The position numbers were made by a program, and so were the translations under genes. This document shows, piece by piece, positions 11,413 to 21,362 of a DNA stretch of 64,000 nucleotides. The stretch is from contig CAWANJ010000001.1 in NCBI GenBank assembly GCA_963783385.1, forward strand, positions 704,001 through 768,000, in the 5' to 3' direction. The stretch comes from an uncultured Gemmatimonadales bacterium. Its GTDB lineage: Bacteria; Gemmatimonadota; Gemmatimonadetes; Palauibacterales; Palauibacteraceae. A model generated the notes under the pieces. It saw only the letters and a program-made list of their open reading frames with translations. It had not been told where the DNA came from and searched no databases. How positions within the stretch are numbered: the stretch's first letter is position 1; every line of letters begins with the position of its first letter.

Positions 11413-12391
11413 TCCACATGTAGCCGTGGTCTCCCCAGTTCGGCCCCCACGAGTTGCGGATTAGCCACGCCCCCTTCTTGTCATCCCAACCGACCAGGGC
11501 CACCTCGTGGTTGCAGCAGCTCCGCCAGGCGTGGTCATACTGGAAGACGCCTCCCGTGTAGTACTGGAAGCGGGCGTATGCGTTAACCCCTACGGAGAGG
11601 GGACCGTGTTGGGCGAGCGCGCGCTTGAGGGACGCCACGGACGGCTGGACCCACTTGGGCGAGACGAAATCCCAGCTCACGGCGCGGTAGGGCTTGGGGC
11701 TGGGATTCGGGCAGGAAGAGTCACGGCCCAAGTATGGCATCGTGGTCTCCGCGACCGTCCCACCCGCGACATAGTCCCGGAACACCTTGTCCGACCACCC
11801 GCCGGAGCAGCTCCCCGCGTTGGCGCACGCGCTGACCATGTGTTGCTCGGAGGCGTCCACGTGGCGGCCGTTCTCGATGAGGTTGGTGGATTCCAGGGAT
11901 GCGGCGGCCGCGAAGGCCCAGCAGGAGCCGCAGTTGCCCTGATCCCGCACCCGGCCGAAGGCCCCGTAATCGCGCCAGTCGAACGACGAGCGGGTGGCCA
12001 GCCCCGCGTCGAACCTCGGCGTCTGGCACGTGGTGGAGTGCTCACGGAGCACGGCCTCGATCCTGGCGATCTCCACGGCCATGGCGTGCTGGCGGGCGGC
12101 CTCGCGCCCGTACTCGTCCGGCGAGGGGAACCGGGCGCCGGTGATGCGCTCCAGGTCGTGATCCACGGCGGCCGTGTAGCCCACCGTGTAGTGCCAGCCG
12201 TTCTTCTCGATCTCCGTGCGGAGCCGCTGCAGCTCCTTCTTCACGGCGGGCGGGGCCGCGGCCTCCCGGTGCCGGTAGTAGTCCTGCTGGGCGCGCACCG
12301 GCACGGTCGCGAGCGCGGACAGGAGAGCCAGCCCGGCCGGCACCGCCAGCCAGCGTCCGGCCCGGGACACGAGCCTCGACACCCGTCGCAT
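11219..12391 (-). CDS. Secreted papain-like C1A cysteine peptidase
   Basis: [19 protein letters not shown]...WGDHGY catalytic motifs; signal peptide. Confidence 0.9.
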   Translation of the reverse strand: MRRVSRLVSRAGRWLAVPAGLALLSALATVPVRAQQDYYRHREAAAPPAVKKELQRLRTEIEKNGWHYTVGYTAAVDHDLERITGARFPSPDEYGREAARQHAMAVEIARIEAVLREHSTTCQTPRFDAGLATRSSFDWRDYGAFGRVRDQGNCGSCWAFAAAASLESTNLIENGRHVDASEQHMVSACANAGSCSGGWSDKVFRDYVAGGTVAETTMPYLGRDSSCPNPSPKPYRAVSWDFVSPKWVQPSVASLKRALAQHGPLSVGVNAYARFQYYTGGVFQYDHAWRSCCNHEVALVGWDDKKGAWLIRNSWGPNWGDHGYMWIKYGSNDLGYAAAWVEPARWCWVHTDPYVLNRFVSEWSAIVRRYYGVTPEPLVESLQEASQQDR

Positions 12392-12557
12392 GCGTCCTCC
12401 TCGGTTGGGGGTGAGGATCTTCCCCCACAGAGCGGAAAACGCGGGCGAGCGCCGCCAATGAATGTTACGACGCTATGGGGCGTCCGGGGGCGGGCGCGGG
12501 TCGGCAGCGGGAGGTGCCGGCCGCCGGCGCTCGGTGGCGGCGACGGCCGGCCCCAGC

Positions 12558-14710
12558 CTACTTCTTCCCGGGCTTCAGGTGCCGGTCCATCCAGTCCATC
12601 CAGCGCCGGTACACGTCGGTGGTGCGCACGATGTCACCCGGGAAGTGGGAGTCGGCCGGGTAGGCCCAGAACTCCGTCTCCACCCCGTTGTCCCGGATGC
12701 CGTGGTACCACTCGAAGCTGTTCACGACCGGCACGTTGGGGTCGCCGATGTCTCCCATGACCAGCGTGGGGGCGGTCACGTTGCGGACCGAGCTGATGGG
12801 CGACTGGTCGCGCCAGATCTTCCAGATCCTTGGCCGTCCACGGGGAGCCGCCGAAGAAGTACAGGTCGCCCTGCTGGTAGAAGGCGATCGTGTAGTCCAT
12901 GACCCAGTCGGTGAGCGCGGCGCCGGCCACCGCCGCCTTCCACACGTGGTAGTGGCCGGTGAGCCACGTGGTCATGTAGCCGCCGTACGACCAGCCCGAC
13001 ACGCCGATGCGGGTCGTGTCGACCACGCCCAGCTTCTCGACCGCCGCCAGCCCCGCCATCACGTCCTTGCCCGGGCCCTCGCCGGTGTCGCGGTAGATGG
13101 CGTGCTGGTAGGCGTCGCCCAGGTTGATGCTGCCGCGGTAGTTGGGCTCGAACACCAGGTAGCCGCGCTCCGCCAGGAGCTGCGGCAGGATGGAGAAGCG
13201 CGCCGTGGACGCGCCCTCCGGGCCGCCGTGGATCACGAGGACCAGGGGTAGCTTCGTCCCCTTCCGGTAGTCGGGCGGATAGGTGAGGACGCCGTCCTCG
13301 TGGAAGCCGCCCGGGCCCGTCCACGCCACCGTGTCCACGCGCCCCAGGTGCAGGGAGTCGAGGAAGGCGTTGAAATGCGTGAGCTGCCTGGGCTTCGCGT
13401 CCGGGGAGGCCAGGTAGTAGAGCTGGCCCGGCTGGTCGGACGTCGCGCCGACGAAGGCCACGGCGCCCCCGTCCGAGACGCTCATCCCGCGAGTGGGCTG
13501 CACGTCGCCCAGGTCGAGGACCCGGGCCGGCCCGTCGGCCGGCTTCTCCCACAGGGCCGAGCGACCGCCGAGCGCGCCGGCCAGCAGGAAGGACTTACCG
13601 TCGGGGAGCCACTCGAAGCCCCCGATATCACGGGCCATGTCCGCCGTCACGTCGCGCACCCGCCCGTCGCGCAGCACGTACACGGCGTTGCCGTTGTTCA
13701 TGTCGCCGCCGCGGTCGCGGCTGGAAGGCGAGCGCGCCCCCCTTGGGGGCGAACTTCGGCCCTCCGGCGCCCTCGCCGGCCAGCAGCGTGTCGCCGGTCG
13801 TGCCGATGCGGACGGCGGCCGTGTCGGGCACCCCCACCGCCAGGGAGACCGCTCCGCCCGACGAGTCGGCCGCCACCGTGTCCACCCGGATCAGGGTCGA
13901 GCGGTAGGCGTTCCCGAACCACACGCCGGGATGGCGGACGACCAGGATCGACGCGCCGTCCGGGCTCCAGGCGGGCGGGGCCGCCCCGCCCGGCACCGTC
14001 TGCAGGCTCCAGCTCCCCGAGGTGAGGCGCTTCGCCTTCCCGCCGTCGGCCGGGATCATCCACAGGTGCCAGGGCTGGACGGCCTTGCGCACCTGGTAGT
14101 TGTTGAGGGTGACCTGGAAGGCGTCCTCGTGGTGCTTGATGGCCTTGGGGTCGGGGACCGTGTCCTGGGCGATGTAGGCGATCGAGCGACCGTCGGGGCT
14201 CCACGAGTAGGAGGAGATGCCGGTCTTCGAGTCGGTGAGCCGCATGGGGTCGCCGCCGTCCATGTGCAGCACCCACACCTGCGACTCCTTGGTGGCCGTG
14301 TCCCGCGCCACGAAGGCCAGGCGGTCCCCGGAGGGCGACCAGCGCGGCGAGGACACGCCATTGCGCCGGTAGGTGAGCGGCCGCATGGAGCCGCTGGCCA
14401 CGTCGACCAGGTCCAGCTCGCGGCGCGACTTGTCCTTCTCCCAGTCCTGGCGGCTCACCAGCACCGCGATCTTCTTCCCGTCCGGGCTGATCTCCGGGCT
14501 CCCCACCTGCACCAGCCGGCGCACGTCGGTGAGCCGGAAGGTGGTGTGCGGACCCGCCGTGTCGGCCGCGGCCGCCGTGTCGACGGGCACGCGGGCGGCG
14601 GGGGGCCGCGCCACGGACCGGGACGCGGGGCCCGCCGCGCCCGGCCCGGCGGGCGCGTGCGGGGACAGGGCCAGGACGAGGGCGAGCGCGGACAGGCTGG
14701 CGACGTTCAT
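12558..14710 (-). CDS. S9 prolyl oligopeptidase family protein, split by two frameshifts
   Basis: PD40-like WSP repeats, HGGP, GWSYGG nucleophile spread across three track ORFs; shifts near 13720 and 12820. Confidence 0.8.
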
Positions 14711-14953
14711 GCTTCCTCCCTGGTTCCGCGGCCGGCTCCAGGCATTCCGTCTTCCCGCGGTCGAAGACCGGCCCAACGTCGCGCGCCGGCGGGAGGTCGG
14801 TCAAGTCCCGGCGCCGCGACGTGGCTCGTTTCGCGACTCCCGGGTATGTTCGGGGAAGCTTCGCCCCGGCCGGGCGCGCCGACCGGCGCCCGCGCCCGGG
14901 GCGCCGACGAGACAGCGATCGCGATCCACCCGGAAAGGCGACCTCTCCAGTCC

Positions 14954-16810
14954 ATGCAGACCAGCCCCGACGGCCCGTACCGCGAGGAGGACGCGCTCGG
15001 AAAGGCGTACGACGCCCGCCTCATGCGCCGCTTGCTGGCCTACGTGGGCCCCTACCGGAGGCAGGTGGTGGCGGCCGTCGGCATGCTGATCGCCGCCTCG
15101 GGGCTGGAGCTGGTGGGCCCGGGGATCACCAAGTTCGCCATCGACAACGCCTTCCCGAACCAGGACACCTCGCTCCTGGCCCTGCTGGCCGGCGCCTACG
15201 TGCTGTCGCTCGTCCTGTCCGCGGGGCTCTCCTACGCCAACACGATCCTCACCACGTGGATCGGCCAGTCCGTCATGAAGGACCTGCGGGGCGAGATCTT
15301 CTCGCACCTGCAGGGCCTGGACACCGCCTACTTCGACCGGAACCCGGTGGGGCGGCTGATGACCCGGGTGACCAGCGACGTCGAGGTGCTGAACGAGATG
15401 TTCACCTCGGGCGTGGTGACCATCTTCGGCGACGTGTTCACGCTGGTGTTCATCATGGCCGCCATGCTGATCATGGACTGGCGGCTGGCCCTGGTCACCT
15501 TCACCGTGCTGCCGCTGGTGACCGTGGCCGCGTGGCTGTTCCGGGTGCGCGTGCGCCAGGCCTACCGCGACATCCGCGTGCGGCTGGCCCGCATCAACGC
15601 CTTCCTGCAGGAGCGGATCAGCGGCATGTCCGTGGTCCAGCTGTTCCGGCAGGAGGCGCCCACCACGGACCGGTTCCGCGACATCAACGACGACTACCTG
15701 GAGGCGCACCTCCGGTCGATCACCTACTACGCCCTGTTCTTCCCGGTCGTCTCCTTCCTGTCCTCGCTGGCCCTGGCCCTGATCATCTGGTACGGCGGGA
15801 GCGCGGCCCTCAGGGGCGCGGTCACGCTGGGGACGATCGCCGCCTTCCTGCAGTACGCGCAGCGCTTCTTCCGGCCCATCCAGGACCTGTCGGAGAAGTA
15901 CAACGTCCTGCAGGGGGCGATGGCCAGCTCGGAGCGCATCTTCCGCCTCCTGGACGAGGAGCCGACGATCCGCGAGCCACGGGCCCCGGCGGCCCTCCCC
16001 ACGCCGGTGCGCGGGCGGATCGCGTTCGAGGACGTGTGGTTCCGCTACCTGGAGCCGGACGAGGCCACGCCCCCCACGCCGGCCGCGCTCGAGGGCGAGG
16101 GGCCGCGGCGCCAGTGGGTGCTGGAGGGCGTCGACTTCACGGTCGAGCCCGGCCAGCGGGTGGCCATCGTGGGCCCCACCGGGGAGGGGAAGACCACGAT
16201 CATCAACCTCCTGATGCGATTCTACGAGCCGCAGAAGGGCCGGATCACCCTGGACGGGGTGGACGTGCGGGACATCCCGCTGGCCACGCTGCGCTCCCAG
16301 ATGGGGCTCGTGCTCCAGGACATCTACCTGTTCTCGGGCTCGGCCGCGCACAACGTGCGGCTGGACCGCCCCGAGGTGACCGAGGAGCGCATGGAGGAGG
16401 CCGCCCGCCGCGTGGGCGTGAACCGGCACGTCGAGCGACTCGAGGGGGGGTGGGACCGGCCGCTGGGCGAGCGCGGCAGCCACCTGAGCGTGGGCGAGCG
16501 CCAGCTCCTGAGCTTCGCGCGCGCCCTGGCCGGGGACCCGCCCATCCTCCTGCTGGACGAGGCGACCAGCTCGGTGGACTCGGAGATCGAGGCCCAGATC
16601 GAGGCGGCCCTCGAGGAGCTCATGGCGGACCGCACCAGCCTGGTGGTGGCGCACCGCCTGTCCACGATCCGGCACGCCGACGCCATCCTGGTCCTGCACC
16701 ACGGGAAGATCCGCGAGGCCGGGACGCACGAGGAGCTCCTGGAGCGGGGCGGCCTATACGCCCGTCTGCACCGGCTGCAGTTCGCCTCGGCGCAGACCAC
16801 TGCCGCGTAG
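14954..16810 (+). CDS. ABC transporter, fused permease/ATPase (MsbA/MdlB-like)
   Basis: TM domain, GPTGEGKT, LSVGERQ, LLLDEATS. Confidence 0.92.
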   Translation: MQTSPDGPYREEDALGKAYDARLMRRLLAYVGPYRRQVVAAVGMLIAASGLELVGPGITKFAIDNAFPNQDTSLLALLAGAYVLSLVLSAGLSYANTILTTWIGQSVMKDLRGEIFSHLQGLDTAYFDRNPVGRLMTRVTSDVEVLNEMFTSGVVTIFGDVFTLVFIMAAMLIMDWRLALVTFTVLPLVTVAAWLFRVRVRQAYRDIRVRLARINAFLQERISGMSVVQLFRQEAPTTDRFRDINDDYLEAHLRSITYYALFFPVVSFLSSLALALIIWYGGSAALRGAVTLGTIAAFLQYAQRFFRPIQDLSEKYNVLQGAMASSERIFRLLDEEPTIREPRAPAALPTPVRGRIAFEDVWFRYLEPDEATPPTPAALEGEGPRRQWVLEGVDFTVEPGQRVAIVGPTGEGKTTIINLLMRFYEPQKGRITLDGVDVRDIPLATLRSQMGLVLQDIYLFSGSAAHNVRLDRPEVTEERMEEAARRVGVNRHVERLEGGWDRPLGERGSHLSVGERQLLSFARALAGDPPILLLDEATSSVDSEIEAQIEAALEELMADRTSLVVAHRLSTIRHADAILVLHHGKIREAGTHEELLERGGLYARLHRLQFASAQTTAA

Positions 16811-16818
16811 GGGGAGGC

Positions 16819-17088
16819 GTGAACCCCGTCGCCGTCGCCGCCCGCATCGACACCCGCTGGCTCCTGGTCCTCCTGGTCGTGGTGCTGGACGTGTGGTCCG
16901 CCGGCCTCGCGCTGCGCTCCCGCGCCTCCCGGCGCGAGCGCCTCCTGTGGGCCGCGGTCATCGTGCTGTGCCCGATCATCGGGCTGATGATCTGGTTCGT
17001 GCTGGGACCCAAGCCGCTGCTGGTGCCCGGGCGGCAGGGTGGCGACGGGAGCTGGCCCCGGCGCGAGGACGACGACGCGGGCGACTGA
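16819..17088 (+). CDS. Small membrane protein, PLDc N-terminal-like
   Basis: GGAGG RBS; ERLLWAAVIVLCPIIGLMIWFVLGP. Confidence 0.65.
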   Translation: MNPVAVAARIDTRWLLVLLVVVLDVWSAGLALRSRASRRERLLWAAVIVLCPIIGLMIWFVLGPKPLLVPGRQGGDGSWPRREDDDAGD

Positions 17089-17135
17089 CGGAGGGGCGGC
17101 GGGCTGACGGAGGGCGGCGGCCCAGCGGCCGGCCC

Positions 17136-18515
17136 TCAGCCCCCGCCGCGCTCCACGAGCCGCTCGATGAGGTCCGCCGTGCGCTCGGCCGCCCCCCGCC
17201 CTTCCTCGACGTAGGACCGCGCGGCGGCGCCGTGCCGTGCGCGCTCCGCCCCGTCCGACAGGAGTCGCGCCAGCACCTCCGCCGCCGTCGAGGGGCCGAC
17301 CTCGAGCGCCCCGCCCCGCTCCAGGAGGTCGGCAGCCTCGCGGCGCGCGTGCCGGCGCCCGAACAGCACCGGGATCCCGGCGGCGGCCGGCTCGACCACC
17401 GAGTGGAGCCCGTCCGTTCCGAGCCCGCCCCCCACGTAGGCCAGGTCCGCGAACGCGTACAGCCCGGCCAGGAGGCCGACCCGGTCGATCACGAGGGGGG
17501 TGAGCGCCCGACCCGCATCGTTCGCGGGGTCGCCGTCCGCCGCCGGCCCGGCCTCGGACCAGAGCCGCGGCCGCACGCCCAGGATCCGTAGGCTGGCCTC
17601 CGACACGCGCTCGAGGGCGGCGCGGTCGGGCTCGTGCGGGACCAGGACGAGGGCCACCGGCCGCCCGGCCGCCCGGGCCGCGGCCACCGCCGAGAGGAGG
17701 AGGGCCTCGTCGCGCGGCCACGTCGAGCCGCCCACGAGCACCGGGACGCGACCATCGGTCGCCTCCGCCCGACCCTCGAGCCCCAGCGCCGCCGGCAGGC
17801 GCGACGCCTCCGAGCCGGGCTCGCGGGCCTCGCGCACCCGGGCCGCGGCCCGATCGAAGGCGGCATCCCCCGTGACCACCACCGCCCCGGGCCGGGCGCC
17901 GAGGAGGCGGAGGCGCGCGGCGTCCTCCTCGGACACGGCGCCGGCCAGGTCGAGGCGGGCGTAGGTGCCGGCCAGGAGCTGGACCGCCGGCCAGTGGAGG
18001 CGGGAGCTGCGCGGGCCGACCGTCCCGTTCACGAGGCCGAGGGGCACGCCCCGGACCGACGCCGAGGCCACCAGCCCGGGCCACAGGTCCGCCTTGGCGA
18101 ACACGAGGGCCGACGGACGCACGGCGTCCAGGGCGCGGCCCGTCTCGCGCAGCGTGTCGAGCGGGAGGGCCCCGGACCCGTCGGGCGACAGGGCGGGCAC
18201 GGCCGCCTCGGCCGAGGGGGAGAACCAGGTGACGACGAGCTGGAGGTCGAGCCGCTCGCGGAGGCGCTCGACGGCGGGCACGGCCCCGAGGAGCTCGCCC
18301 GCCGACGCGCCATGCAGCCACACGGCCGGACGGGTCGGGTCGCGGCCGGCCGCCGCCCACGCCTCGAGCCGGGCCACGGCGCCGCGGCGGGCCGCCACGC
18401 CCCGGGCCCGCTTGGGGGAGCCGAGGCCGGCCAGGGGGAGGAGGGGCCGTGACGCCTCCACGGCCAGGCTCCAGGCGCGGATCCCGAGGCCGGGCTTCAC
18501 GCGGCCGGGCGTCAC
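17136..18515 (-). CDS. waaA: Kdo transferase (WaaA/KdtA-like)
   Basis: WLHGASAGE, LPLDT, LVPHEP, AYVGGG...HSVVEPA. Confidence 0.8.
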   Translation of the reverse strand: MTPGRVKPGLGIRAWSLAVEASRPLLPLAGLGSPKRARGVAARRGAVARLEAWAAAGRDPTRPAVWLHGASAGELLGAVPAVERLRERLDLQLVVTWFSPSAEAAVPALSPDGSGALPLDTLRETGRALDAVRPSALVFAKADLWPGLVASASVRGVPLGLVNGTVGPRSSRLHWPAVQLLAGTYARLDLAGAVSEEDAARLRLLGARPGAVVVTGDAAFDRAAARVREAREPGSEASRLPAALGLEGRAEATDGRVPVLVGGSTWPRDEALLLSAVAAARAAGRPVALVLVPHEPDRAALERVSEASLRILGVRPRLWSEAGPAADGDPANDAGRALTPLVIDRVGLLAGLYAFADLAYVGGGLGTDGLHSVVEPAAAGIPVLFGRRHARREAADLLERGGALEVGPSTAAEVLARLLSDGAERARHGAAARSYVEEGRGAAERTADLIERLVERGGG

Positions 18516-18577
18516 GCGGCGCCTCCCGCGGCCGGCGGGTCTGGCTCGCGGCGCCGGCCCGTCCCCATCTTGGGGCC

Positions 18578-19639
18578 ATGCGCTTCCTGGGCAACAAGAC
18601 CCGCCTCCTCCCCTTCCTGCTGGACAGCGTCGAGGCGCTCGGCATCGAGCCGGGCGTGGCCTGCGACCCGTTCGCGGGAACGGCGAGCGTGGCGCGCGCG
18701 CTCAAGCAGCGCGGCTGGCGGGTGCACGCCGGCGACCTGCTGGCCTGCTCCTACGCGCTCCAGGTGGCGCGCGTCGAGCTGGACCGCACGCCCGGGTTCC
18801 GGGTGCCGGCCCGCCTGTCCTACGCGGCCCTCCTCGAGCGGCTCGAGGACCTGGAGCCCCGGCACGGCTTCGTGACCGAGCACTACACGACGGCCGGGGA
18901 GGCCGGGGCGCGGCACGGGCGCATGTACTTCACCCCCGAGAACGCGCGCCGCATCGACGCGGTGCGGGAGAGGGTCGCGGCCTGGAGCGCGGCCGGGCAC
19001 CTGGACGAGGCGCGCGAGCAGCTCCTGCTGGCGACCCTGATCGAGGCGGCCGACCGGGTGGCCAACACGACGGGCGTATACGCCTCCTTCGTGAAGACCC
19101 TGCAGCCCAACGCCGTGAAGCCCCTGGAGCTCCGGGCGATCCGGCCGACGCCGGCGCGGAACGGCTCGGCCGGGTGCACGGCCTCGCGGAGGCCGGCCGC
19201 CGACCTGCTGGCCGAGCGCGGGAGCGTGGACCTGGTCTACCTGGACCCTCCCTACAACGAGCGCCAGTACCCCGCCTACTACCACATTCCCGAGCTGCTG
19301 GCGGAGGGGTGGGGGGAGGAGCCGGAGCTGCGCGGCAAGACGGGGCTCATCCCGGACGAGGACCGGCGCTCGGACTGGTGCCGGCGCCGGGAGTGCGAGG
19401 ACGCGCTGCGGACGCTGCTGGAGGCGGCGGACACCCGGCATCTCCTCCTCAGCTACAACGACGAGGGGCTCCTGGAGTCGGGGCGTATCGAGGCGGCGCT
19501 GCGGGCGTGGGGGGATCCGGACAGCTACGACTGCCTGGAGCGGCCCTACCGCCGCTACCGGAGCGATGGGGACGGGCCCAACCGGCGCTATACCCGCGAC
19601 CGGGTGCGCGAGCGGCTCCACTACGTGCGGGGGCGCTGA
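18578..19639 (+). CDS. DNA adenine methyltransferase (D12 class), orphan
   Basis: MRFLGNK, DPFAGTASV, YLDPPYN, LSYN. Confidence 0.88.
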   Translation: MRFLGNKTRLLPFLLDSVEALGIEPGVACDPFAGTASVARALKQRGWRVHAGDLLACSYALQVARVELDRTPGFRVPARLSYAALLERLEDLEPRHGFVTEHYTTAGEAGARHGRMYFTPENARRIDAVRERVAAWSAAGHLDEAREQLLLATLIEAADRVANTTGVYASFVKTLQPNAVKPLELRAIRPTPARNGSAGCTASRRPAADLLAERGSVDLVYLDPPYNERQYPAYYHIPELLAEGWGEEPELRGKTGLIPDEDRRSDWCRRRECEDALRTLLEAADTRHLLLSYNDEGLLESGRIEAALRAWGDPDSYDCLERPYRRYRSDGDGPNRRYTRDRVRERLHYVRGR

Positions 19640-19654
19640 GCACGCACCGCGGCG

Positions 19655-20002
19655 CTACGCCCCGTCCGGACCCTCCTCCGGGTCGGGGCCCCCGTCGAAC
19701 TCCTCGAGGCCCGACTCCAGCTCCTCGAACAGCTCCCGGTCGCGCTCGAGCGCCTCGCGCACGATGCGGCGGGACTCGCGCTCGACCGGGTCCTCGATGG
19801 GGAGGAGGCGCTCGGTGAAGCGGACCTCGTAGTCGAACAGCAGGCGGCGCAGGTCGCCCAGCCGCCCCAGGAGAAGGGGCGTGGCCTTCGTGAGCCGCCC
19901 CTCCCGCTCCAGCCGCTGCACCAGCTCCGCGAAGCCGAGCAGGGCCCGGCGGACCCGGCTCTCCTCCGGCTGCGCTTCGTGCTCGATCTCGTCGTCCCTC
20001 AC
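19655..20002 (-). CDS. Hypothetical protein
   Basis: Acidic helical ORF with RBS, co-oriented downstream of infC. Confidence 0.6.
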   Translation of the reverse strand: MRDDEIEHEAQPEESRVRRALLGFAELVQRLEREGRLTKATPLLLGRLGDLRRLLFDYEVRFTERLLPIEDPVERESRRIVREALERDRELFEELESGLEEFDGGPDPEEGPDGA

Positions 20003-20042
20003 GGCGTCCTCCGGGCCGGGCGCTGCGCCCGGCCTCCCCGTT

Positions 20043-20561
20043 CTACACTTCCCACCCCTGCGGGACCAGCATCATGGTCATGTTGCGGCCCTCGAGCCCC
20101 GAGCGGGACTGGACCTGGGCGATGTCGCCGAGCTGTTCCGTGATGCGGTCCAGGAGCTCGATGCCCAGCTCCGGCCTGCGCAGCTCGCGGTACCGGAACA
20201 TGATCGTGACTTTGACCTTGTTGCCCTGCTCGATGAACTCGCGGGCATGGCGCGTCTTGAAGTCGAAGTCGTGGTCCTCGATCTTGGGTCGGAACTTGAC
20301 TTCCTTGACCTCGACCGTGTGCTGGTGCTTCTTGGCCTCCTTCTCGGCCTTGGCCTGCTCGTACTTGAACCGTCCGTAGTCCATCAGACGGACCACCGGC
20401 GGCCTCGCGTTGGGCGCCACCTCCACCATGTCCAGGTTCCGGTCCGCGGCCAGCTCTCTCGCCTCGTCCAGGGAGACCACCCCGACCTGCTCCCCTTCCT
20501 CGTCCACCAGCCGCACCGGGCTCACCCGGATGTCTTCGTTCACTCTGTGCTCGTTAGTGAT
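20043..20561 (-). CDS. infC: Translation initiation factor IF-3, probable ATC start
   Basis: VNEDIR...PPVVRLMDYGRFKYE...KEVKFRPKI; AGGAGG precedes in-frame ATC at 20561. Confidence 0.95.
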   Translation of the reverse strand: MTNEHRVNEDIRVSPVRLVDEEGEQVGVVSLDEARELAADRNLDMVEVAPNARPPVVRLMDYGRFKYEQAKAEKEAKKHQHTVEVKEVKFRPKIEDHDFDFKTRHAREFIEQGNKVKVTIMFRYRELRRPELGIELLDRITEQLGDIAQVQSRSGLEGRNMTMMLVPQGWEV

Positions 20562-20629
20562 GCTCCAACCTCCTTCTCGGGTACACGGTCACGTCACGAT
20601 AGGGACGCCGCGGGGCGGAAGGCCCCGGA

Positions 20630-20956
20630 TCAGGCGTCCACGTCCTCCGGCTCCAGGAACGACACGTCCGGCGTCTGGAGCGCCCCGGCCATGAAGCCGA
20701 GCGCCAGGATGGCCACGCCGAACACGAGCAGGTTCCAGGGCCGACGCGCCCAGTCGATGCCGGACGACAGGGCCAGCCACCCGCCGGCCACCACCAGGAG
20801 CGACGGCCCCCAGCCGGCCAGGGTAAGCAAGCCGCAGGCCGCCGCGGCCAATCCCCCGGCCAGCGGCACCCAGGCGGGCGCGTACGAGTACAGGCCCGCC
20901 ACCACGAGGGCCGCCCCGATCACGCTCGCGGCGTACCCGAAGCCGTCACGACTCAT
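20630..20956 (-). CDS. Hypothetical membrane protein
   Basis: Hydrophobic 108-aa ORF with RBS. Confidence 0.55.
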   Translation of the reverse strand: MSRDGFGYAASVIGAALVVAGLYSYAPAWVPLAGGLAAAACGLLTLAGWGPSLLVVAGGWLALSSGIDWARRPWNLLVFGVAILALGFMAGALQTPDVSFLEPEDVDA

Positions 20957-21059
20957 CCGATGCCTCTCCGCGTATGTGCGGGGACGCCGCTTGCCGCGCG
21001 TCGCCCTTTCGCTTCACTTGCTCGCTGGAAACCCCAACGATTCGGATTCAGAAAGATAG

Positions 21060-21353
21060 ATGACAGAGGCCGATCGAATCCAGTGCGCGCGCTGCGGACG
21101 CGAGGACGCGCCCGCCCTTCCCTCGCCTCCGTTCCGGAACGAGCTGGGGGGCCGCATCCAGCGGGAGATCTGCCGGACCTGCTGGGAGGAGTGGAAGCAG
21201 CGCCAGATGCTGCTCATCAACCACTACGGCCTCAACCTGCAGGAGCCCGACGCGCGCGAGTTCCTGCTCGTCAACCTGCGCTCGTTCCTGTTCGGCGAGG
21301 GCCCCGACGGCGCCCCCATCGACAGCTCGAAGGAGGGCGACGTCTCCTGGTAG
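21060..21353 (+). CDS. Fe(II)-trafficking / oxidative damage protection protein (YggX-like)
   Basis: CARCG...LGGRI...IC..CWEEW...QMLLINHYGLNL. Confidence 0.8.
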   Translation: MTEADRIQCARCGREDAPALPSPPFRNELGGRIQREICRTCWEEWKQRQMLLINHYGLNLQEPDAREFLLVNLRSFLFGEGPDGAPIDSSKEGDVSW

Positions 21354-21362
21354 CGCGCCGGC

